From the sequence record NC_047815.1: a DNA stretch of 64,000 nt. One strand, written 5' to 3'. Below are positions 56,856 to 64,000 of this stretch, one piece after another (position 1 is the stretch's first letter; every line of letters starts with the position of its first letter). The translations under genes were made by a program, and so were the position numbers. The notes under the pieces are model-generated. The model had not been told where the DNA came from. It searched no databases and saw nothing but the letters and a program-made list of their open reading frames with translations.

Positions 56856-57632
56856 TCACTCCATTACCAAATAGGTTACTGTGAGTTTTGGTTTTGCTGG
56901 TGCAGTACCGATGTTTTTAAATGACCAATACTGCAACTGCGAACCGTCGGTGTTTGAAATGAACGAGTACCGTCTGCCTTTAACAAACTCACCATCTTCT
57001 TCCCGAACACCTTCATCAGATAAGAAATTAGTTGATGAGCGGAATAAATACGGATTTCTGTCGTTTCTTTCGTTAGTCGTATGGCAGGTAAGTTCAATAT
57101 CAAATGCATTCAGTGTAACTTCCAACAACATGTTGGTACGTGCCATCTGCAATTCAAAGTTGAACGACTGACCAGGCGTGAGATAGTCGGACATTTCATA
57201 TTCTTTGGTATAGCGCACACCTTGATTAGCATTCGCACTAAAGTCAATCCAAAGAAGTGTTTGGTTGGGACCAGACACAAGCGTGTAGCCAGCGCCAGGA
57301 CTGCCTGGAATAGAGTTATTAGCATTAAGTCCAACAATCACTTTCCCATCAGCATCTACAGCACTAACGAGAGGTGACTGGAATTCATATTCCGCGCCAC
57401 CGCCCAATTTAGCTTCCTCCCAAGTAGCAAGGTCCGTAGCCAGTTGATAGATCTTCTGTGTCTCAGTGACATAGACAAGCATACCAGCTTTCTTCGAACC
57501 TGCTACTATGGCATCACGGTCTGCAATAGCAGCCAGACAGCGCATACCACCTCGAACATATTTATCTTCGATAAGAAAAGGAAGTGCTGTAGATACCGGC
57601 ACCAGAAACGAGTTCATAGTTACCGGCATCAC
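56856..57632 (-). CDS. Virion structural protein, 258 aa
   Basis: GMLVYVTETQKIYQL fibre-type N-terminal motif. Confidence 0.6.
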   Translation of the reverse strand: MMPVTMNSFLVPVSTALPFLIEDKYVRGGMRCLAAIADRDAIVAGSKKAGMLVYVTETQKIYQLATDLATWEEAKLGGGAEYEFQSPLVSAVDADGKVIVGLNANNSIPGSPGAGYTLVSGPNQTLLWIDFSANANQGVRYTKEYEMSDYLTPGQSFNFELQMARTNMLLEVTLNAFDIELTCHTTNERNDRNPYLFRSSTNFLSDEGVREEDGEFVKGRRYSFISNTDGSQLQYWSFKNIGTAPAKPKLTVTYLVME

Positions 57633-57641
57633 ATTCTCCTA

Positions 57642-60600
57642 TTACGGTTGACCAGACAGCGGATCAGCACTGCCGTACACAACGCTGTATTTGTAGTAGG
57701 TCTGATCGAACGGGAAGTCATTACGATAGATAATGTAATCACTGCCGTCAATCGTTACCTCAGCAGCACCGACGAAGTTAAAGTCGTCATACTCCTGAGC
57801 ACCATCCCACGAACCAGCAAAGCCGTAGCTACCACTTGAATAATCGCGGAAGTAACCATAGCCCAAACTCTTCGGCCAAATGACATAGAAGAATTTGCCG
57901 TTACCGCTAGTAGAGCCACCAGCAGGACACTCAATGAACTGCTCACCAGTCGTTGTCAACTGAGTAGCAAGTGCCATTGCCCAAGCTTTGGTATAACCCG
58001 CAGCTGAGGTAATCTTGTTGCTGACACCGAAGCGAGCACCAATCGCATCACCACCGCCACCTGACGGAACAGACACAGCAACATCTTTTGTCGCAGTCTT
58101 TGTTGAACCGTTACGGGTATAGCTCACAGTCACAGTGATAACACCTGCAACAGTAGCGCCACCAGTTTGCAGCAGACCACTGTTAGAGATAAGTGGGTTA
58201 GTGATAGAACCCGACTTGACCTGCATGGTCCACGTAGCGTTTGTACCAACGTCAACGATAGTACCGTCACTGAGAGTAGCAGTACCTACATACTGACCGT
58301 TCTGACCGCCAACGATTGAGTCTGGACCTGTCAGCACAAGGCTATCAATGGTCACAGGCGTAACGCTGTTGGTAACAAACTTGCTTGCTGTGTAGGTCTG
58401 ACCGTTCTTGGTAGCAGTCACTTTGACTTGAGCCTGCTTGGTAGCAGAGATAGTGTTACCAACAATAGTATCATTGCCTGGATAGGTAAACACTTTGTCT
58501 GTGTCAGTGCCCGTACCGCCATAGCTTGTTACAGGAGTCAGGTCTTCTGTAGCACCAGTGTCAGGATAAGTCAGACGCAGGATATACGTACCTGTTTGAC
58601 CAGCATTCACTGTGTCAGGACCAACAATTGAAGCGACTGGTGTTGACGCTACGTTAAGCAGACGAATAGACTTCGTAGGCTTGTACGTTGAACCTTCAAT
58701 TGTCAGAGTAGCAACAGTAAGCGTTGCGTTCTGATCAGCGGACAAGGCATCTTTCGCCACGGCAACTTTCTTGGTGTAACCGTAAGTACCAGTAACGATA
58801 GTAGCATACGCACCACCAGCAGACAGTGAATATGTCGGGCTAGTTGCTGTGTATGTTTCAACTTTACCACTAGCACGAGTAATCTGCACAGAGTAGTCAC
58901 TGGAAGTTGAGTTCTCAGTCACAGTGTCTGGACCGATAATATCAACAGTTGCAATGCTGTCAGTAGGACCTTTAACAGTAAACACAGCAGTGCTGGATTT
59001 GCTATCAGTTCCAACCTTAGCAACTACATTTACAGTAAACGTTTTGTCACCGTACCAACCATTCAGCACGCGCTTGGTGCGAATCTGCCAGACGGTGTTT
59101 GCAGTCGGTGCAACCAGTTCAAAGTAAGTCTGCGTATCACCAGCGGCCAGAGTATAGGTAAGCTCGGACGCAAGGCCATCACGCGTAGAGCTATCGCTGA
59201 ACGTCAGAATGGTTTGCAGAGACTTAGCCAAAGCTGTTGCGTCGTTGAACGCGTAGGCTGGAGTAGGTTGCTGTAAGGCAGCAGCGGTCAACGTGATAAC
59301 AATAACGTTCTTGATTGTCACGGTCTTTTGTGCAGTCAAGCCATTAGAAGCAGCACGCAGCAGCACGCTAGAATCAGCAGTAACCGAACCAACAGTCAGC
59401 ACACCAGTCTGAGCGATTGTTGCAAAGGCACTGCCCTGCACAACAGTCCAAACAGGATTCGAGACTTTAACTTCTGAACCATCCGAGTAGATAGCATAGC
59501 ACTCAAATGTAGAGGCAGTTTCCTCATTCATTTGGTCAACGCCACGTACTTCCAGATTAACGATAGTTGGCGCTTGACCCACCAGCGTTACGTCCAGCGT
59601 TGCAGTCTTGGTGATGTTGTTTTCGATGTAAGTTGCGCTGATAGTCACGCTTGACGTAGCCACGTTAACAGCACCAACAGTCAACTTACCATCGGCAAAC
59701 TGTGCATACTGATTAGCAGCAGTCAGTTTGAAATCGTTCGGTGTAACTGTTTTGGTAGAACCATCAGTGTATGTCGCAAGCACCGTGTAGTTGCTTGTGG
59801 TGTTTTGATTCACTGAGTTGCTGCCGATGATCTTGATACTGGCCAGATCAACAACTACAATCACGTTCAGGATGTTAACATCCAGCGTAGCAGTTTTGGT
59901 AATACCGTTATCGGTGTAGCTTGCGCTCAACACAACTTTCGTGTCTTGCTCAACACTGCCTGCTGTTACCGTCTTGTTCACGATAGTAGCAAACTGTGCA
60001 AGGTCCACAGTAAACGTCAGCGGGTTAACAGTTTTGGTAGTGCCGTCACTGTATGTAGCAAGGAACGTATAGTTCGCGCTGTTGTTTTCCTGAATGCTGT
60101 TAGCGCCCTGAATTTCGAGCTTGCTCAACACAGGTGCAACCGTTGCATGAATGATAGTGATTGGCTTGGTAGCTTCAATCGTCTGACCATTCGAGGTATA
60201 AGCTGCTTTCAGGTTAACTGCACGATCAGCAGTCTCTTCCTTGTTAGCAGTTACCTTATTTGCTGCAACGACAGTGTAGGTTGAAGGCTCAGCACGGAAA
60301 TAATCAGGCGTTACAATCTCTGTCTTGCCGTTGCTGTACGTCACACGGAACGTATAGCTAGCAGAGGCTTCACTGTTGATTGTATCAGCGCCAACGATTT
60401 CCAGCTTGGTCATGACCTGAGCTTTAATCGTTACTGTCTTCTCGGCAGTCAGCGCAACACCGTTATAGGTGTAGGTAGCAGTCAGCTTGACAGGCGTGTC
60501 TGTGCGAGCAGTACCGGCAACACCAGTCAAGCCAGTAAGCGCAAGCAGCGCATCGTCAGCAGAGGTGAAGTTGTCCGGCACTACAGGGCTTGAGCTACCT

Positions 60601-61706
60601 GACTTGAACGTTGCAACCACGCTGAATGTTTCTTTCTGCGCGGCGAACATGCTGTCAGCACCAATGATACGAATGTTAACGATCTCATCATCGGTAACAA
60701 ACTTGTTCTTGATCAACAAGCTGTAGGTAGCAGTTATCCAGTCACCGTAAACAGGGTCACGTAGTTTTGCAGTCACAGTCAACACAACATCGGTCTGCAA
60801 ATCAGGAGCGGTCACGACACCATCTTGATCGATAGTCACGCCAACAACGTTCTCTTGAATAGACCACACAATGCCTTCAGGACTCTGCTCAACGCGGTCT
60901 TCCCACTCGGCAGTAGCAACCATCTTGACAGTGCTGTTGTCTGACATAAAGCTAGCATCACCAGGCAAGCTGAGACGCAGATTAAGCAGACGAGGACTTT
61001 CCCAATCGATGTTCTGACTGATAGGCTGAATCCACTGACCGATATACTTGTTCACGTTCGTAGGGTCACGATCAACGATAGCAAGTACAGAACCGGCAGC
61101 AGGCGCAACGCTTGAACCGACTTCAACAAAGTCTTTTGCGTTGAGACGAATCATTGTGCGCGGATAGTCGTCGTGATCGTGAGGCAGCGGATAGCGGGCA
61201 TCAGTCATACGAGAGTCATCAGTTGACACAACAACAGGGTCTTGTACGTCGCGTGCATCTTCCGCAGATTGGTCTTGCAGTGCCTGAACAACAACGGTAC
61301 CGAGACGTGACGTGTTAGCGTGAGGCAGCACAACGTCGCCCGCTTCAATACCTAAGTCCGAAGCGTTCTCAACAACCAAACGATAATACTGTTTGCTGTT
61401 GAAGATCTTGCTGTAGTCATCGATGGTCATCCAGCTACCGCGATGGTTGCCGTCTGATACGTGACTGGTACGAATAAGAACAAACTTGTACTGAGGGCTG
61501 CCTGCGTTAGCATCAATCCACAGCAAGTTATACGGCTTGTCAGCAAAAGAAGGCTCGGTCATTGAAACAACGACACGATACACATCGGTCTGATCGTTAG
61601 CATTCGGACGGAATTCAAATTCAATCGGATTGCGTGCAGTCAGGCCGCGAGTACGAGCAAGCTGAATATATTTCGCCGCAAAATCAGCGATATTGGTAAC
61701 AGCCAT
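57642..61706 (-). CDS. Ig-like repeat fibre/whisker protein, 1354 aa
   Basis: About ten L..I.I.G.D.....Y...ATY.DG repeats. Confidence 0.75.
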   Translation of the reverse strand: MAVTNIADFAAKYIQLARTRGLTARNPIEFEFRPNANDQTDVYRVVVSMTEPSFADKPYNLLWIDANAGSPQYKFVLIRTSHVSDGNHRGSWMTIDDYSKIFNSKQYYRLVVENASDLGIEAGDVVLPHANTSRLGTVVVQALQDQSAEDARDVQDPVVVSTDDSRMTDARYPLPHDHDDYPRTMIRLNAKDFVEVGSSVAPAAGSVLAIVDRDPTNVNKYIGQWIQPISQNIDWESPRLLNLRLSLPGDASFMSDNSTVKMVATAEWEDRVEQSPEGIVWSIQENVVGVTIDQDGVVTAPDLQTDVVLTVTAKLRDPVYGDWITATYSLLIKNKFVTDDEIVNIRIIGADSMFAAQKETFSVVATFKSGSSSPVVPDNFTSADDALLALTGLTGVAGTARTDTPVKLTATYTYNGVALTAEKTVTIKAQVMTKLEIVGADTINSEASASYTFRVTYSNGKTEIVTPDYFRAEPSTYTVVAANKVTANKEETADRAVNLKAAYTSNGQTIEATKPITIIHATVAPVLSKLEIQGANSIQENNSANYTFLATYSDGTTKTVNPLTFTVDLAQFATIVNKTVTAGSVEQDTKVVLSASYTDNGITKTATLDVNILNVIVVVDLASIKIIGSNSVNQNTTSNYTVLATYTDGSTKTVTPNDFKLTAANQYAQFADGKLTVGAVNVATSSVTISATYIENNITKTATLDVTLVGQAPTIVNLEVRGVDQMNEETASTFECYAIYSDGSEVKVSNPVWTVVQGSAFATIAQTGVLTVGSVTADSSVLLRAASNGLTAQKTVTIKNVIVITLTAAALQQPTPAYAFNDATALAKSLQTILTFSDSSTRDGLASELTYTLAAGDTQTYFELVAPTANTVWQIRTKRVLNGWYGDKTFTVNVVAKVGTDSKSSTAVFTVKGPTDSIATVDIIGPDTVTENSTSSDYSVQITRASGKVETYTATSPTYSLSAGGAYATIVTGTYGYTKKVAVAKDALSADQNATLTVATLTIEGSTYKPTKSIRLLNVASTPVASIVGPDTVNAGQTGTYILRLTYPDTGATEDLTPVTSYGGTGTDTDKVFTYPGNDTIVGNTISATKQAQVKVTATKNGQTYTASKFVTNSVTPVTIDSLVLTGPDSIVGGQNGQYVGTATLSDGTIVDVGTNATWTMQVKSGSITNPLISNSGLLQTGGATVAGVITVTVSYTRNGSTKTATKDVAVSVPSGGGGDAIGARFGVSNKITSAAGYTKAWAMALATQLTTTGEQFIECPAGGSTSGNGKFFYVIWPKSLGYGYFRDYSSGSYGFAGSWDGAQEYDDFNFVGAAEVTIDGSDYIIYRNDFPFDQTYYKYSVVYGSADPLSGQP

Positions 61707-62341
61707 CAGTCATCCTCCGACAAGATTTCTGTGGTACGCACTTTATCGTACTTGGTAGTTGTAGCATCAATGCCACGAAGTGTTGTACCGTTCTCACCGA
61801 GGTCATCATCGACAAGCACACTGCCGCTAGCAGTACGCAAACGCACAGCAGGCTTTTCAGGATGCATTTCATCGTGAGGCAGAGGTGTACGTGCATCCGT
61901 GTTGCGTGGGTCACTAACCGATACAAAAGTAGGACGACCAACATTCTTCGGACCAGTAGTGAGACGAGCAATACCATATTCATCAACGGTTGCACGCTCA
62001 TAGTTGTCTGAACCAGGCAGGTCAGCGGTATCGTAATACTGCGGTGCCCACATCAGATTGATGTTTGTCACTGGTTCCCAAGTGTTCTGGAAAGGTGCTG
62101 TCGCAGTCTTTGATTTACGTGCGAGGAATGTGCGATAGTAATCGCTGTTCTTGTCCATGCACAGCCAGATAACATTCATCGGCAGTACATAGTCGAACGG
62201 TTCTGTTTCGCAGACGATCTGAGTGCAACTGATATTCAGTACGGGATTGATTTGACGAGTGGTCTGTGCCACAGTCGTATCATCCAAGAAACCAGTAATG
62301 CTCAACAGGGCATCCGCAAGCTGATTAAGCGTAGGCGTCAT
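61706..62341 (-). CDS. Virion structural protein, 211 aa
   Basis: Paralogous to 62352-62984 and to the N-terminus of the 1354-aa protein. Confidence 0.65.
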   Translation of the reverse strand: MTPTLNQLADALLSITGFLDDTTVAQTTRQINPVLNISCTQIVCETEPFDYVLPMNVIWLCMDKNSDYYRTFLARKSKTATAPFQNTWEPVTNINLMWAPQYYDTADLPGSDNYERATVDEYGIARLTTGPKNVGRPTFVSVSDPRNTDARTPLPHDEMHPEKPAVRLRTASGSVLVDDDLGENGTTLRGIDATTTKYDKVRTTEILSEDD

Positions 62342-62351
62342 GCTGTTTTCC

Positions 62352-62984
62352 TTAGCTGTTGCTCAGTTCATCTTCACGAATATGTCGCCATTGAAGGCTG
62401 TCATCTTCCAGCACAAGGACTTGATACAAGGCAGGCTTGTCTTGGTCTTTGATTGGAACGTGTTCTTCACCAGTCGTGCCGTTGATGCTTAACATCGTTG
62501 CAGGCTTTTCTGGATGAGTGTGATCAAGAGGCTTACGATCATCAGTAAGTGTCTCATCACCTTCAAGAATAACACGCGAGCTGGACTCAGGATAGCTGAG
62601 ATAACCAACACCGTGAGTCAAGCTGGTGGCAAGTGGAGGCAGTTCAGTATTGATAACACCAAGATCGCTTGGGTCATATGTCTGTTCGCCCATAGCGTCA
62701 TCATAGAAATATAACGCTGTCCACACATCTTGATATGGGTCTGAGGCGTGCTTCGTTGTACGCTTGAACACTTGTTGGAAAGTGTCTGACTCTGGATTCA
62801 TATCAATCCAGATAGCGTTGATTGGAAGCACGACGTAACGCGGACACGAATACGCGCAATAGAACAACAGACCCAACGTGCTGCCTTGCGCAGGCAAGCG
62901 GAACATAATCGGGTTCTTGTTCTGATTGTGAATGTTCGTGAGAAGCTCGACGTTACTTACGAACTGGGTAAGTTTCAGTTCCAT
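62352..62984 (-). CDS. Virion structural protein, 210 aa
   Basis: Paralogous to 61706-62341. Confidence 0.65.
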   Translation of the reverse strand: MELKLTQFVSNVELLTNIHNQNKNPIMFRLPAQGSTLGLLFYCAYSCPRYVVLPINAIWIDMNPESDTFQQVFKRTTKHASDPYQDVWTALYFYDDAMGEQTYDPSDLGVINTELPPLATSLTHGVGYLSYPESSSRVILEGDETLTDDRKPLDHTHPEKPATMLSINGTTGEEHVPIKDQDKPALYQVLVLEDDSLQWRHIREDELSNS

Positions 62985-63017
62985 CGTTTTCTCCGTTTAT
63001 CCTAAATCAGGTAGTTA

Positions 63018-63026
63018 AAATTAGCG
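63018..63026 (-). promoter_or_regulatory. CGCTAATTT candidate late-promoter element
   Basis: 34 nt upstream of the start at 62984. Confidence 0.55.
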
Positions 63027-63034
63027 AACATCGG

Positions 63035-63736
63035 TTATTCTACGCCAGAGCCGGGATTAGAAGAACCATAAACAATACTAAACACATAGTCCACGCTGTC
63101 AAACGGGAAGTCGTTACGATAGATAACGTAGTCGAAACCTTCTAGCGTTACTTCGGCTGGTCCAGCAAAGTTAAAGTCATCAAACTCTTGTGCACCGTCC
63201 CAGCTACCAGCAAAGCCATAACTGCCGCTTGTGTAGTCACGGAAATAACCGTAACCCAGCTCTTTAGGCCAAGCAACATAAAAGAACTTGCGATTGTCAC
63301 TGGTCGAAGCATCAGGAGGACATGTAATGAACTGTTCACCCTCTTTGCTGAGTTTGGTTGTGAGTGCTTTGAAGAATGCGCTGTTGTATTGGTCGATCGA
63401 GGTTACTTTATCCAAGATACCAAAGCGAGGACTGAACTGACCACCCTCAGGAACAGACACATGCACAGGTGAGGTGCGTAGTACCTCTTTCTCACCATTG
63501 TCCAGCACAACGGCAACCAAATCGTATTCACCGCTATCGACTGTGAGAGCAAAGCTCGTCACCAACTGTGCGTCAGCAGCGGCTACTGTTTTTAACGCAC
63601 GATTGCTTGCAGTGTCAAACAGTTGTAGGCTACCACCAGCAGGTACGGCTGTGTCTAGTGCGATGTGAAAAAGGCATTGACTGTTTAAGTTAACAAAGCA
63701 ATAGCTAAGATTGCCATTTGCGCTGAGACTTGCCAC
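63035..63736 (-). CDS. Virion structural protein, 233 aa, sharing its C-terminal domain with the 1354-aa protein
   Basis: KFFYV.WPK.LGYGYFRDY.SGSYGFAGSWDGAQE.DDFNF nearly identical in both proteins. Confidence 0.75.
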   Translation of the reverse strand: MASLSANGNLSYCFVNLNSQCLFHIALDTAVPAGGSLQLFDTASNRALKTVAAADAQLVTSFALTVDSGEYDLVAVVLDNGEKEVLRTSPVHVSVPEGGQFSPRFGILDKVTSIDQYNSAFFKALTTKLSKEGEQFITCPPDASTSDNRKFFYVAWPKELGYGYFRDYTSGSYGFAGSWDGAQEFDDFNFAGPAEVTLEGFDYVIYRNDFPFDSVDYVFSIVYGSSNPGSGVE

Positions 63737-63757
63737 GAAAGGCTCCTTAAACGTGCA

Positions 63758-63780
63758 AGGGGAGAACCGTAGTCCTCCCC
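63758..63780 (-). terminator. Hairpin after the second sheath gene
   Basis: GGGGAG-GAC-TACG-GTT-CTCCCC with a G.U pair on the minus strand. Confidence 0.55.
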
Positions 63781-63786
63781 TGTTGA

Positions 63787-63999
63787 TTATGCAGCTTCAC
63801 CCAGAACTGTGGAGGTGCTACCTTTCGGGTTGATATTGAAGCGATAGATCAGACGCTTGGTAGTACGCGTCGGGTCAAGCACAATATCAAGAACCAGATC
63901 ACCGTTAGCGATTGTCGCATTGGTGTTGTTCGTACGGTCACACACAACCACATAACCCTGACTGCCGCTCTTGCCGCTACGCAGACCACGAGCAAGTTT
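63787..63999 (-). CDS. C-terminal 70 aa of a second tail-sheath-like protein (5' part outside window)
   Basis: Manual translation KLARGLRSGKSGSQGYVVVCDRTNNTNATIANGDLVLDIVLDPTRTTKRL... matches the sheath C-terminus GRGLDWYAVVCDYTNNTAEDEARGDLIIDVFLDPTRYTKRI. Confidence 0.85.
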   Translation of the reverse strand, partial: KLARGLRSGKSGSQGYVVVCDRTNNTNATIANGDLVLDIVLDPTRTTKRLIYRFNINPKGSTSTVLGEAA

Positions 64000-64000
64000 A

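Noticed and set aside
57660-63350. Possible diversity-generating retroelement template/variable pair in the duplicated C-terminal domain
   Set aside because: Differences are mostly synonymous third-position C/T changes rather than adenine-specific, both copies are in intact CDSs, and there is no reverse transcriptase in the window.
1-64000. CRISPR arrays, tRNA or rRNA genes, integrase/IS elements
   Set aside because: None recognised: the only exact-type DNA repeat has two copies, and I saw no cloverleaf by eye. A tRNAscan run would be needed to exclude tRNAs fully.

Overview
A 64-kb segment of a large (jumbo-type) myophage genome. Every gene I can support lies on the minus strand; plus-strand ORFs are antisense shadows. 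It is the virion-morphogenesis region. Left to right: fibre-like genes, a free-standing HNH endonuclease and three collagen-repeat genes (one ends in a Hint/intein-like domain); baseplate wedge genes and PAAR; a terminator-bounded accessory cassette (15.5-17.4 kb) with a ~600-nt non-coding, highly structured stretch and small helical-hairpin proteins; a tmk/nuclease/Nudix cluster; spike, hub, tube initiator and a tape-measure-like protein with a muramidase domain; tail tube and sheath; major capsid protein, acidic scaffold-like protein and protease candidates; a GT2-TPR glycosyltransferase and an NAD-dependent ligase; and a block of Ig-repeat and paralogous structural genes preceded by a second sheath gene that is cut by the window edge. 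The gene set recalls the RSL1/PaBG/Y3-like jumbo phages, but that is an impression and was not checked by search. Best leads: the candidate large structured RNA with an internal duplication, the adjacent triple helical-hairpin (sponge-like) genes, the register-matched collagen trio with a C-terminal Hint domain, and a recurrent S-x-S motif plus a shared ~65-aa module among putative head proteins. All family assignments come from motif recognition by eye; no database search was run.
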